In this document: positions 1 through 13,568 of the stretch, in pieces
How positions within the stretch are numbered: position 1 is the first letter of the stretch
How the letters are laid out: each line of letters opens with the position of its first letter
DNA from: Octopus sinensis
Taxonomy: Eukaryota
Reading direction: 5' to 3'
DNA length: 64,000 bases
Assembly: GCF_006345805.1 (NCBI RefSeq)
Contig: NC_043002.1
Span: forward strand, 56,110,001-56,174,000
Translations under genes and position numbers: made by a program
Notes under the pieces: generated by a model
Databases searched by the model: none
What the model saw: only the letters and a program-made list of their open reading frames with translations
Told to the model about the DNA's origin: nothing

Positions 1-867
1 ATTGGCACAGCTAGTTATGGAGAAGAGAAACACACAGACACACAGACAGACTGTGTGTTGTATTAGTAGGTTATACTAATTAGGACACTTCCAGCACCCC
101 ACCACCACCACCATTACTATCAATCTTGGCTACCATCATTATACATACCACTATCATTTCAATACGCCTTCTATTAACATCAATTTATTTCCAACTACCT
201 TAACTTATCAACAATGTTAAATATCACTCTATGTACTCTGTGTATGTGTGTGTGCATACATACTTTCAAACATAAATAAATACAATATATACATTCATTA
301 GATACACATCTATATCTAAGCCTAATAAGATTACCTATGAAGAAAAACCAAACAATACCAAAGTAAGTGATCCCCACAAACCCTGAACCCACAAACATTT
401 TCTACCTTACAAGACTACGGGACAACCCAGAATAACAAGATTAAAATAAAAGAAATTTACAAAACAAGCGTAATGTATGTACATTCCCATCATCAGCTGC
501 CCATACAGTTATCATTATGGTTTCGACACCTAGGCAGTGCCATTCAATCCAGGAGTGGTGTCCACAGCAGTAAAAATTTTAAAGTTGCCTGGGGAATCCA
601 CCAGCTTATTACTAAAAGTAACAACAGAAGAGTAAAGAAATAGTGATTATTTATAGCTAAGTAACTTGCAGAGGCAAGTGGTACCGTTTGAAAGCTCCAC
701 ATACTGGACACTAGCAGGCTTATGGAGTCATCAGGAGAGAATGCATGCCATTGAAGGGCCTTTCTCCCAATGGCATTATTGTGCACCAACTACCCCACAC
801 CTCACTGAGGAGGCCCCGCTTGTTAGATCAACTGGTTTCTAGACTTCACTCAATATTCTTCTAGCCA

Positions 868-1078
868 TCACTCATTGTCTCTTTTTAACCAAATCCAGTG
901 GCTTGCCTTCTTCAATGTAGTCTGGATATCACTCATTGATAGTATTTGCTTTCAGAGTTAAGACTACCAACAACAACCATCACATCACACTGTTTCCAAT
1001 GAATCCTCAACATCCAACATTGATTGGATAATGCCTCTCTGCTTTCCAGCTTGCGTCTTTTCACATTTCTCAAGGAAT
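868..1078 (-). mobile_element. Degenerate R2/Hero-like non-LTR retrotransposon C-terminus (restriction-like endonuclease region)
   Basis: Minus frames give ASWKAERHYPINVGC*GFIGNSV and KASHWIWLKRDNE, resembling the Hero motifs PVEVGCRGF and ASxWLWLKR. Confidence 0.6.
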
Positions 1079-1100
1079 ATAGGTGCAGGTGTAGTGTATA

Positions 1101-1503
1101 GGCAAGTGTGGCTATATGGTTAAGGAGCTGGCTTCTCAACTATGTGGTTTTGGGTTCAATTCCACTGTACAGCACATTGAACAAATGTTGTCTGTTATTT
1201 ACCTGAGACAACCAAAGATTCAAGTGGATTTCATAGACAGAAACTGAAAGAAGCCTATTGTGTGCGTGTGTGTGCGCACGTGTATACGCACTCTTGTCTT
1301 TGATATTATGTCAGGTGATTATTTTAAATTAATATCATCATACATGGAGTGGCTGCATGGTAAGAAGTTTGCTTCCCAACCACATGGTTCCTGGTTCAGC
1401 CCCACTGTGTGACACCTTGTGCAAGTGTCTTCTACTATATCCTTGGGCCAATCAAAGCCTTGTGAGTGGATTTGGGAGACGGAAACTGAAAGAAGCCCAT
1501 CGT
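1101..1503 (+). mobile_element. Two heads of tRNA-derived SINE family A (about 1101-1260 and 1343-1503)
   Basis: A-box TGGCT..TGGTAAG and B-box GGTTCAG/ATCC, followed by the family body ccttgggcaagtgtcttctactatagcc...gaaactgaaagaagcc. Confidence 0.75.
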
Positions 1504-1530
1504 GTATATATATATATATATATATATATA

Positions 1531-2527
1531 TGCTCCGCTGGGTGTGTGATGTCAGTGTGCATATAAAACAGAGTGTAAGTGCCCTGAGAGAAAAGTTGGA
1601 CATGAGAAGCATCAAATGCGGTATGCAAGAGAGATGTCTGTGCTGGTATGGTCATGTGTTGCATATAGATGAGGACGGCTGTGTGAAAAAGTGTCACACC
1701 CTAGCAATAGAGGGAACTTGTGAAAGAGGTAAACCCAGGAAGAAATGGGATAAGGTGCTGAAGCATGACCTTCAAATGTTGGGCCTCACCAAGGCGATGA
1801 CAAGTGACCAACCAAGACCTTTGGAGATATGCTGTGTTTGAGAAGACCTGGCAAGCCGAGTGAGACCGTAACTGTGGCCTACGCCAGTGCAGCATAACCA
1901 GGCCATTTAAAAGTACCCTTCCATCATCAGGCAATAAACTGCACTTGCAAAGACCTGTTGAATCAAGTGAAGTCATTGTCGTGGCCGATACCAATACCAC
2001 TTGATTGGCACCCATGCCGGTGGCACATAAAAAGCACCATTCAAGCGTGATCAATGCCAGTGCTGCCAGACTGGTTCCCATACCAGTGGTGTGTAAAAAG
2101 CACCATTTGAGCGTGGTCATTGCCAGTGCCACCTGATTGGCTCCTGTGCCAGAGGCACATAGAAAGCAACATTCAAGCATGGTCGATGCCAGTGCTGCCT
2201 AACTGGTTCCATGCTGGTGGCACGTAAAAAGCACCATTCGACGTGGTCGTTGCCAATGCCACCTGACTGGCTCCTATGCTGGTGGCACATAAAAAGCACC
2301 ATTCAAACATGGTTAATGCCAGTACTGCCTAACTGGCCCCTGTGCAGTGGCACATAAAAGCACCTGCTACACTCTTAGAGTGGTTGACGCTAGAAAGGGC
2401 ATCCAGCTGTAGAAACTTTGCCAGATCAGATTGGAGCATGGTGTAGCCTTCTGGCTTGCCAATCCTCAGTCAAACCATCCAACCCATGCCAGCATAGAAA
2501 GCGGATGATAAACAATGATGATGATGA
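1531..2527 (+). mobile_element. 5'-truncated RTE LINE 3' end with about 60-bp tandem 3'-UTR units and a (GAT)n tail
   Basis: ORF 1419-1841 gives LRWVCDVSV...CLCWYGHVLH...RGKPRKKWD, homologous to 29427-29864. The tail matches 31600-31771. Confidence 0.85.
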
Positions 2528-2539
2528 TATGTATATATG

Positions 2540-3115
2540 TATTTGTGCGTCTGGGTTTGTGCCCACCCCCCACCATCACTTAGCAACCAATGTTGGTATA
2601 TTTACGTCCCCGTAACTTAGTGGTTCGGCAAAAGAGACTGATAAAATAAGTACTAGGCTTACAAAGAATAAGTCCTGGGATCTATTTGTTCAATTAAAGG
2701 CGGTGCTCCAGCATAACCACAGTCAAGTGACTGAAAAAAGTTAAAGAACAAAAGAATACAAGGAGTGGTCATGTGGTAAGAAGCTCGCTTCCCAACCACA
2801 TGATTCCAGGCTCAGTCCCACTGCATGGCACCTTACGCAAGTATCTTCTACTATAGCCTCGAGCTGACCAAAGCCTTGTCAGTGAGATTTGGTAGACAGA
2901 AACTGAAAAAAACCCATCGTGTGTGTGTGTTTGTATGTCTATGTTTGTTCCCCTGCCATCACCTGACAACCGATGTTGGTGTGCTTACATCCCCCATAAC
3001 TTAGCAGTTCCACAAAAGAGACTGATAGAATAAGATCTAGGCTTACAAAGAATAAGTCTTGGTGTCAATCTGTTTGACTAAAGGCGGTGCTCCAGCATGG
3101 CCGCAATCAAATGAC
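2540..3115 (+). mobile_element. SINE family A tail followed by a full SINE A copy (from about 2761)
   Basis: Head, internal (TG)n and tail cccgtaacttagc...cagcatggccgcagtcaaatgac. Confidence 0.75.
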
Positions 3116-4917
3116 CACGAAAACAATGATGATGGTAGTAATGACGGATGACAATGATGGTAATGAACACCAAAGTTCATTATGATGATAATGACACAAA
3201 GACGATGATGATGGTAATAACAACGATTCTACTGATCATGGAAATGGTAACGATGTATCATCGGAATGGGAAATGAGATGCAGTAATGACGACATCTTGC
3301 AAGCATTAGCCATAACATCATCAACGGAAAGTCTTTTCAACCTGGAATCAACCAAAACAAAACTAGGTCACAAATTCACCTTACCATTTAGCTTAGTTCC
3401 AACTCTACTACAGTGCCTACCACAGAAATTAAATTAAATATTGATTAATTGATTGACTGATTGATTGATTGAATCTTGTGAAACAAATATTTTTCTCATC
3501 AATAAATTCTATAAAACAAATGATTTTGCTTGTTTTTCTTTTTTGTTGTTATTGTTGGATTGGGTTTTATCTTTTAGAAAATTGCAAATAAAAGATGGGG
3601 TTTTTTTTTTTTCCATTTTTCTTGCTATTTCTATGACCTCACACCACACAGACTTCTCTTCCATAGAAACACTTCCTGTTTCCTATTCTTGGCTAATGGT
3701 TTCAACACACCTCCGCCATGTCTGTCTACTACTTCAATATCTGCTTTATTTAGAAGGTCAGCCTATCAACTCACTCGACTGGATTTAAAAATTTTTTTAA
3801 CATAATTGTTTAAGGAAGAATGGGGGGGATATGCATGCATGGGTGTGTGCATGCATGCATGGGTGTATGTGCACATGGACATGTGTATGCATACATTCAG
3901 GGGGGGTTCATGTGTATGCATGCACAATTAAATGTGTCAGTGCATATAAGTGCACATGCCTGTGTCAAATAAGGGTGAATACTGTGTGAAGTTGCATATT
4001 TCAAGATTGCATGCATCAGGTGAGGGTGCATATGCTAAGAGAATGTGCACACATTGCAGGTACATATATTACTTGAGGGTGCATGTGTGTGTATGTATAC
4101 ACACACACGTTCGTATGTGTGCATTTATGTCTCTGTAACTTAGCGGTTTGGTAAAAAAAGACTGATAAAATAAGTACAGGCGTTTTAAAAAGAAATAAGT
4201 AGTGAGGTCAAGTCATTCGGCTAAAAACATTGTTAAAGGTGGTGCCCCAGCATGGCCGCAGTCTAATAATTGAAACAAGTAAAAGATTAAATGGTGAGGT
4301 GATAATGAGGAGGAGTCTCTAAAACTAACAAATTAGTTAATCAATTGATCGAAGCTCCAATATCAATTATTGTCTGTTTAGATAATTAGCAATTAGACAG
4401 TGATGAATATAACACTGTGTTGGAGGAAGAGTAAAACAAGCTGTTTGGGGGAGGGGGGCATGCGAGAAATTCTGTCTCTTGGGAGTTGGCACAATTAGCG
4501 TTACTCGGGGTAAGAATGTTCCAGATATTTTGAATAAACTGTGAAAATTTAATGCTTTTGAGTTGTGTTTATATTATAAGCTGCTAAAATATTCTTCATG
4601 TATGTGATAGTGCCATGCAAACTGAACCATACAGAAGAATGGAGGGAGGATAAGATGTACTGAAGATGAGTTCTTAGGCTCAAAAGACAGTAATCTAAAC
4701 CAAATGTTCCGAAATGACTGCCTTGCAAGATCTGATGTCAGAAAGCTCAGCCGCTGGTGGCGTTTGACTCATGTCTTGGCATCAAATGAATCTTTTTATG
4801 TTAAGGGGCGGAGCAGAATTAGTTAACTGACTGGTGACAGTTGAGGATTAGCAACAGGAAGGGCATCCAGCCATAAAATGATGCCTCAATAATAAATATA
4901 TGTTCAACCCCTGCTAG

Positions 4918-5235
4918 TCATCATCATCACCAGCATCATCGTCATCGCTTAACGTCCGTTTTCCATGCTGGAATGGGATGGACGATTTAACTGGGGACTG
5001 GTAGGTAGACCAGGAGGCTGCACCAGGTTCCAATCTGATCTGGCAAGGTTTCTACAGCTGGATGCCCTTCCTAACGCCAACCACTCCAAGAGTGTAGTGG
5101 GTGCTTTTTACGTGCCACTGGCACGGGAGTCAGTCAAGTTGTGGGGGGTGGGGAAGGACTGGTACCAATCACATTTCAATGGTGCTTTTTACATGCCACT
5201 GACATGAGAAGCCAGTCAGGCAGCACTGGCATCGA
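4918..5235 (-). mobile_element. RTE 3'-UTR/tail fragment
   Basis: Reverse complement of the RTE tail: catcatc...ttaacgtccgttttccatgc...ggatgcccttcctaacgccaaccactc. Confidence 0.75.
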
Positions 5236-6817
5236 CCACAGAGGGAGAGAGAATTGATGCACTGTTGTAAAGCGGTCTTTTGCCACTTTTGTGCCTGTCT
5301 TTTGACAACAGTTGTCACTTTGACAGATATTGTTATATTCCAAAGTCATCGACAGAATGCTTCTTTCTGGCACTGTACAACCCCCAGACATACAGTATTA
5401 TTATCCTCAAAAGGTTGGATCGTCAAAACATCCACTCAGCATCACAGTATAATTACTATAGCAGCACAGACATAACGACTATCAACACAGTCGACACGTA
5501 CTCTCGACCTTCCTGACCTTCTCCCTGTCGACCAGCTACTAGTCTATATTTAATGGCTGGCTATTACCACTTTTCACAGGCAGGAGCATACAGTTTCACT
5601 GTACAACATGCACAAACATTGAAAAATATATCAAGAGTATGAACTCAGTGAAGCTACAACACATTATAAGACTGCAGTAAATCCAGGAGGAAAAGTCTTG
5701 CATATATATAAGAGGCTAAAATTCTACAGCAACATAATTAATAGAAAAGCATAAATTTTTAAAAGAGTTCAAAATTTAATTATGCTCAACAGCTGTTTCA
5801 TTAGCAATAAACATCATTAATTGCACAATTACACAAAGTATGAACTATATGAAATCTTTGCTTTTCTACTTTGTATTCTTCACACACACACACAATTATC
5901 ATTATTTTGTCCACTTAACCATGCTTGCATGGGTCGAACAGACTTGGAGGTAAGATTTTCTATAGCTTGATGCCCTTCCTGTTGCTAACCTTTATCTTTT
6001 TTCAAGCAAGATAATATTTCCCCCTTGACCAATCATGTTTTTCATGGAAGATTGGAAAGGAACAACTCACTTGTATGACAGTGCTGCTCATTTACAACTA
6101 TCACACGAAAATCACCCAGTCCACACTCTGTAGAGTATTTGGTGTTAGGAAGGCAATCCAACTGCAGAAACCATACCAAAGCAGACAGTAGACCTTGGTG
6201 CAGCTCTCCAGTCTTGCCAGCTCCTGTCAAACTCTCCAACCCATGCCAGCATAGAAAAGGGATGTGCAATGATGACAACGATGATACATACATATACACA
6301 CATATGTAAATCTTTATCCAAGCATAGATATCTAAAATATTTTCTCAAAAGATCGACACACTTCAGTAAGCACTTTTACTGAGTTTTGAAGTAAAATTTC
6401 AGCAAGGAGAACGAAGATCTATATTTGCCTTTCATCCTAGTTGGATGGTCGATAAAATATGTAGAAATAACACACTGCGAAAAAGGAAGAGGTGGGGGCC
6501 AATTCCATTGGCTATCCTTTCCCCTGACTACACCCACACACACACTAAATTGGCTTTGTGGCAAGTCAAAGAAAATCATTATTTTAATAACAAGAGGGTG
6601 GTGGATGCAAATTTGATTAACCCGCCATTCATTAGGAATATAAACTTGCAAAACAACAAAAGTAGTTTTATGCATCAGCAACCTTTCTTTTTGCTTGTTT
6701 TTTGTCAATAAAGCTGAAAGGAACAAACAACCAAACACAAAAACATGTGCAACAATATTATTGTTATTATCATTATTATTATTATCATTATCATCATTAT
6801 TATTATTATTATTATTT

Positions 6818-6998
6818 AAGGCAGTGTATTGGCAGAATCGTTAGCATGCCGGGCAAAATGTTTAGCAGTATTTCGCCTGTCTTTACATTCTGAGTTCAAA
6901 TTCAGCCAAGATCGACTTTGTCTTTCATCCTTTTGGGGTCGATGTAATCGACTAGCCCCCTTCCCCAAATGTGAGGCCTTATGCTCCCAGTAGAAAGG

Positions 6999-7032
<34 letters not shown>

Positions 7033-7666
7033 AGGCAGCAAGCTGGCAGAATTGTTAACATGCCAGGCAAAATGTTCAAATTCCTCCAAGGTCGATTTTG
7101 CTTTCCATCGTTTCAGGGTTACGCTCCCATGAAATTGATGGCTTTGTGCCAAAATTTGAAACCATTATTATTATTATTGTTATTATTATTATTATTATTA
7201 TTAAGGCAGTGAGCTGGCAGCACACTTGGGCAAAATACTCAACAACATTTGTTTTGGCTCTTTACGTTCTGAGTTCAAATTCAACTGAGACTAATTGACT
7301 TTCATCCTTTCAGCGTCAATAAAATAAGTACCAGTTGTGTACTGGCTCAATGTAATTGACTCATCCCATTACCCAAAAATTCCTGGCCTTGTGCTTATGG
7401 TAGAAAGGATCGTCATCATTATCATTAAAATAATCATTATTCTTTTCTGCTCTAGGCACAAGGCCCGAAATTTGGGGGGAGGGTGCCAGCCGATTATATT
7501 GACCCCAGTATGCAACTGGTACTTAATTTATCGACCCCTCCCCCACCTCCAAAGGATGAAAGGCAAAGTCGACCTCGGCGGAATTTGAACTCAGAATGTA
7601 AAGACAGGCGAAATACTGCTAAGCATTTTGCCCAGCATGATAACGATTCTGCCAGCTCACCACCTT
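6818..7666. mobile_element. Cluster of tRNA-derived SINE family B copies (+ 6818-7000, + about 7033-7160, + 7203-7410, - 7441-7666) separated by (ATT)n
   Basis: Head ggcgagctggcagaatcgttagc, B-box gagttcaaattc, core ctttcatcctttcggggtcgataaa..aagtaccag. Confidence 0.75.
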
Positions 7667-7969
7667 TAAAATAATCATTATTGGCAGTAGATTGGTAGAA
7701 CCGTCAGAGCATCAGGATAAACACAGCAAAGCATTTCCTCTATGTTCTGAGTTCAAATTCTGCCAAGTCAACTCTCCCTTTCATCCTCTCAGCATTTGTA
7801 AAATTAAGGACCAGTCAAGTATGGGGTTTGATGGTATCTTAAAATATGTAATCTTCATCTACTACACTAATAATGTGGAACCACAACAGAGCACAGCACA
7901 GCACAGAATGTGCCATTCTATGCTGCATGGTGGCAACAAAATAAACTCCAGAAAATGTGAAATAAACAG

Positions 7970-8934
7970 AGGTGTGGCTGTGTGGTAAGAAACTTGCTTC
8001 CAAACCACAAGGCTCTGGGTTCAAGCTGACCAAAGCCTTGTGAGTGGATTTGGAAGATGGAAACTGAACGAAGCCCATCATGTGTAAGTATATACATGTG
8101 TGTGTGTGTACGCATGTGTCCACCACCACATGACAACCAGTGTTGGTGTGTTTACATCCCTGTAACTTAGCAATTCAGCAAAAAAAAAAAGTACTGGTAT
8201 TGATTCATTTAACTAAAAATTCTTCAAGGCAGTGCCCCAGCATGGCCACTGTCTGAAACAAATAAAAGATGAAAGGTAGAAAAGTTGGGTATAAATGAAT
8301 AACATGCTGCATATTAATGGTTGCTGTATTTGATATCTAAAATGTCTTTCTCTCACTACTCCTCCACCCAAAACTGTCTCTTTTGTTAGTCCTCACCTCC
8401 TTCCACTTCCACTTACTCACAATAAACATACCCCTTTCGTCCACCCCTCTAAACACCCTGTTTCAAGCTCAGTTTCAGTCATTAACCCTTTCGGAGTTGT
8501 AAAGGATCTTTAGTCTTGTGAGTTGACCGGTGGTGGAGCTGCTAAAAATACTGGCACCCAGTACTCTCTGTAAAGTGGTTGGCAAATCAGGCAGAGACAA
8601 AGAGCACTTGAGATGATTCTTTGATCTAGTCGAGAGCAGACAACCTGTCTGGTGATGTCAAATGTACTCAGTACACAGTGTAAAGTGATAGGTGTTGGGA
8701 AGGGCATCTGAGCATAGAAACTGAGACAACCAAGAGAGAGACATAGACCTCTTACAATGCTGGGGAATCACTGTGAAGGATTTTAGTCGAATGTATTGAC
8801 CCCAGGACTTTGTTCTTTTTTTCTTAAGCCTAGTATTTATTCTATCCGTCTCTTTTGCTAGACCATCAGGGGCATAAAAACACAAACACTGGTTTCCCAG
8901 TGGGGCGACAAACACAGACACACACTCATTACAT

Positions 8935-8999
<65 letters not shown>

Positions 9000-9160
9000 C
9001 ACACACATACACACACACATATACACACACATATATATACATATATGATGATAATGATGAACTTCCACTCAGTTTCCATCCACTAAACTCGCTTGTAAGG
9101 AATTGATTGGCCTAGGGCTATAGTGGGAGATACTTACCCAAGGTGTCACAGAGTGGGGGA
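7970..9160. mobile_element. SINE A copies in opposite orientations (+ 7970-8272; - about 8755-9160)
   Basis: The same head and tail modules as other SINE A copies, with an internal (CA)n(TA)n tract. Confidence 0.7.
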
Positions 9161-9879
9161 CTATGAAATTATTTATTTCAGCCATTCATAACACTGAATA
9201 AGCTATTTGTACAGAAAAGAACACACACACACAAAGCATGAGAAGAAACATACTAAAGAAAAAAAAACTTATTATGTCATTTCTAATGAAAGAAAGTTAA
9301 AATATTATTTTTCTACCAGTTGCTGCTCACTTACAATAATCTAGGTCAAATTTGAAACCTGTATGTTCAGCCATCAGCGTTAACAAAGAAAAGAAACCCG
9401 TAGACTTATCAGACATACCTTAAAATCTGACCTAGTCTATGTCATACACACTCACACCCCTACAGTATTAAATGCCTCTAAGGCTGTAACAGACTTTTCA
9501 CTCGAATTTTTTTTGCTGTTGATCAAATCAAGATATGAAAGACATCCACTCTATCACAGGTAACATTCTAAAAACTGATATCAACTCCTCAAAAAGGCAT
9601 AAGCCTGCTCGGGACCACAGTAGACCACACTTGCTCAAGATGTCAAACAGGAGAACTGAACCCAAAACCACATGGTTGCAAAGCAAGCTTCTTAACCCCA
9701 ATAATCATGCCTGCACCTCTGTATACACAATGTAATTAACTGAAAGTCTGATTGATAAAGCTGCCCTGATTTCACTAATAAGAGCATGGATTTCACAGTT
9801 GAAGCTCTAGTCAGGCTTCACAATGTTAGTTTGTTTACATCCCCTTAACTTAGTCCAGCAAAAGAGAGACCGACAGAAT

Positions 9880-10440
9880 AGGTAACTTTGATAGGTTTTG
9901 GCCAGTATAAGCCCAGGCCATGTTTAATTTAATAGCACCACCTGGTGAAATCTTTAGTCGTATATGGGGCACCATGGCTCACTCTAGCAAAGAGTTATTA
10001 CTGTTGGAGACATATCCAGGTGTAGGAGGAAGGTCCGGGATTTTTTGAAGAAATTTCTCAAGTGAACTTTGGAATTTTATGGGATCCGTTTCCGTTTTGA
10101 CATATTTTGGTATTAAAGAGAGCTGAACTGATTGAGGTAAAGTAGTTGTAACGTAATGTTGTTATGTGTCTTGGGTTCAATTTTTGTAGTGGGCAGATAG
10201 CACGGGGGCCAAGTCTTGGATGGATTTTAAAATTGATGCCAACATCATTTGTGCAATATTGATGGAATATTTTCCACATCACACAAATGATGTAGCGCTC
10301 CCAGCAGTGTTGTAGAGAATAGAGATTGAGTTTTTTAGTTGACCCCAATAGTCAATGCCTCTCATGCCATCTATCTTTCTTGTTATTGACCTCTAGAGTG
10401 CTTCCACTTTCATAATCAGTTGCTTCATATGGGAAGACCA
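9880..10440 (-). mobile_element. CR1-type LINE 3' end fragment
   Basis: Minus frames give KKLNLYSLQ...RYII...WKI and LQKIPDLPPTPGYVSNSNNSLL. The 3' UTR ccaggtggtgctattaaatta.acatggcctggg is shared with about 34810-34845. Confidence 0.75.
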
Positions 10441-10671
10441 CAGTGGGCAAGAAAAAAAATCAATAGAACTGGGATTGACTCATTCAACTAATAATTCTTC
10501 AAGGGGTTGCCCCAACATGGGCACAGTCTAATGACTGAAACCAGTAAAAGATAAAAGTCTTATTGATCTCTGTATCTAATAATTGGTGAAGACTTTGTCA
10601 CTGAGTGAGTGTGAGAGAGACTGTTTGTTTGGACACAAACAACTTCAAGCTATTTGTTCAAGCAAACATAC

Positions 10672-10872
10672 ATTACCAACCGAACTGGCTCTGAGTACAA
10701 ATGTCTTGTTTTCATAAGTTTTGAATTAAAATCTTTCGCCAAACCTTAGTCACAATTTATGTTCCTAACACTAGCTTCATGATAACTAAGTTATTTTACT
10801 AAATTCTTTGTTATATTTAAAGTAATTGAAAGAAACACAGAGCATCTCAAAATAAATACAGTAACGAAAGGG
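10672..10872. mobile_element. Partial MITE-like repeat with a piggyBac-type end
   Basis: Ends in ...aatacagtaacgaaaggg (reverse complement CCCTTTCGTTAC). Related sequence at about 44110-44225. Confidence 0.4.
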
Positions 10873-11179
10873 ACCATGCCTGGCCACACACAAACACACA
10901 CATATAGCCACACTAACTTATCAAAACCGTAATGCACACACCTACACACTGTGTCCCCCACACATACACACACGCCCTCACCACCATCCCTGTTAAACCA
11001 GTCAACCGCATTGAAATGGTCAGTTATCTGCTACCAACTAAACTGAAGACCCAGTTTTCTGTCTTCTATTTCTGTTTCAATCTGGTTGAGAGGCGGAAAT
11101 ACCAATTAAGTGAATCTACAGTTTTTAAGTTGAAATAAAGAAAGAAGAAAAGCAATAACAACCTGGGCAGCAGTCAGCT

Positions 11180-11370
11180 CAACACACACACATACACAAT
11201 TACACATGCACGCACACACAATTACACACACACGCAATTACACACAAACACAATTACACACATACACACACAAATATAATTGCACATAAATACAATTATA
11301 CACACATATACATACAAAAGTATAATTACATATACACAATTATATAATTACCACACACACACACACACAC
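11180..11370. repeat. Degenerate (ACACAATT)-type minisatellite within (CA)n
   Basis: Recurrent acacaattacac units. Confidence 0.7.
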
Positions 11371-12645
11371 AGTTTGTTAGGAGGGAAGGTCCTGTTTGTT
11401 TATATTTATCTTCATTTCTTTATTTTCAGGGATGTTTTTTTTTAGATTTTGTTGGAAAAATGAATTTTTATTGAAGAGATGAAAAAGTTGTGACTAAGAA
11501 TAAACCAGGAAAAATAAAAAATAAAAAATTAACAGATGGCGTGCCCCTCCTCTCTAAACTGGTCTTCCCTTCATTGAACCAACATGATCAAAAGGATCCC
11601 ATTGGAACCACCCCTCTTCCCCCTTCTTTCAGTATTTCCTCTAAAACTAGAGTTTTCCAATGGCTCTAATCTTAATCTCCCCCTTTCCAAGACTGACTCG
11701 AAACAGATCAGGATGTTGGTGGTGGTAGACATGGTGGAGTTGGTGATGGGGGAGGTGACAATGGTAATGGTGTTGGTGGCAGCAGCAATGCTAGTGAAGA
11801 AGGTGGTGGTGATGATGCTATGATACAAATTGATAACTTGCAGAGAGAGAGAGAGAAAATGATAAATTAGGTGTATATCATAAAAAAAAGAAAAAAAATG
11901 AGTTTTTTTTTTCTTTTTAAGATTTTATTATCAGTTCAATCATCAGAAATTAATCACTTTTCTCTGTTTTATTTATTTCATTAATTAATCTGTCCATTTC
12001 TTATTTTGGAAATAGCCAAATCAACCACATCATCACTATCCCACAAAAATAAATCTCTCAGTTATAACCGTTCTCTTCAGGTTATCAATGTTACTTGTGA
12101 AGCCCTAAATTTAAGGGCCCTAGGGTCAGTCCCACATGGCCAGTCCACTGCATAATACCTTAAGAAAATCTCTTCTACAATAGCCTTGGGCCAACCAAAG
12201 CCTTGTGAGTGTATTGGGTAAACGGAAACTAAAAGAAGCCTGTCGTATATATATACACACACACACGTGTGTGTGTTTGTCCCCCAACCAATGCTTGACA
12301 ACTGATGTTGGTGTGCTTATGTACACATAACTTAGCATTTCGGCAAAAGATACCAACAGAATAAGTAGCAGGCTTGTAAAAAAAGCACTGGGGGAGGGGT
12401 GATTCATTTGCCCCAGCATGACCACAGTCTAATGACAAACAAGTAAAAAATAAGGGCTTGAAATGATGACTGAATGCTTTGTTTCATTGGCTGGAGGGAT
12501 ATCTGTAGCTTAGGGAATTAAAACAGCCAACGAATGTATTGGAAAGCCATTGATGTTAATAATCCATGGAAATAAAGTTTTTAAAAAGGGTGAGTCGTAA
12601 CTGCATGATGTCCAGACAAGGAGACATGCATGCATGCACACACAC

Positions 12646-12798
12646 CACTAGTGTAGCTGGGCGGACGGTAGGGGCAGTACACCCCAGGTGGCATTTTTCA
12701 TCCTGTTGTAGGCTATTGCTGTATGTGATTTTTGAGTGGACTGGAGGTGGCAAACAGAAGGGTCACCCCAGGCAGCACACACTCTAGCTACGCTAGTG
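12646..12798. mobile_element. 153-bp MITE with terminal inverted repeats
   Basis: 5' CACTAGTGTAGCT ... 3' AGCTACGCTAGTG (12 of 13 complementary). No clear TSD. Confidence 0.55.
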
Positions 12799-13004
12799 AT
12801 ACAACCATACAAACGATGGGCTTTCAGTTTCTGCCTACCAAATCCACTCACAAGGTTTTGATCAATCTAAGGCTGCAGTAAAAGACACTTCTGCTACTCA
12901 GTAGAACTGAACTGGGTTGGAAAGCAAACTTCTTAACCACACAACCATGCCTACCATAAATCCAATTATAGTCAGTGTACACAAACAGAATACTGATTTC
13001 AGAT

Positions 13005-13568
13005 TTTTGGCACAAGGCAAGTAATTACACCCACACCCCAGTACTCAACTTGTACTTATTTTATCAACCCCGAAAGGATGAAAGGCAAAGTCAATCTCAG
13101 CAGAATTTTAATTCAGAACATAAAGACGGACGAAATGGCGCTAAGCATTTTGCCCAGCATGCTAACAACTCTGCCAAGGCCCGAAATTTTTGGAGAGGGG
13201 ACCAGTCAATTACATCACTCCACTCTCCAGTACACATCTGGTACTTAATTTATCGACCCCAAAAGAATGGAAGGCAAAGTCGATCTCAGAACATAAAGGC
13301 ACACAAAATACCGATAACTATTTCGCCCGGCACACTAACAAAATATTCTTCTCTACTCTAGGCACAAGGCCAAAATTTTGGGGAAGGAGCCAGTTGATTA
13401 GATCGACCACAGTACGCAACTGGTACTTGATTTATTGACACCCCCCCCCAAAAAAGGATGAAAGGCAAAATCGACGTTGGTAGAATTTGAACTCAGAACA
13501 TAATGACAGATGAAATACTGCTAAGCATTTCACCCGCTGTGCTAACATTTCTGCCAGCTCAACACCTT
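13005..13568 (-). mobile_element. Three stacked partial SINE B copies
   Basis: Repeated ggcacaaggc...ggtacttaatttatcgacccc..aaggatgaaaggcaaagtc. Confidence 0.7.

Noticed and set aside
4651-4696. CTGAAGA-T-GAG..CTC-AAAA possible decayed hammerhead
   Set aside because: Stem III and the cleavage triplet cannot be formed convincingly.
5250-5530. Overlapping 70-80 aa ORFs in unique-looking DNA
   Set aside because: No recognisable motif or consistent splice signals.
9413-9480. Candidate DOCK exon 2 (AG...GTATGT on the minus strand); also checked about 3690-3770 and 11000-11110
   Set aside because: In-frame stops in the required phase, or no resemblance to the SH3 segment A(I/F)YNF...IGDTVHI.
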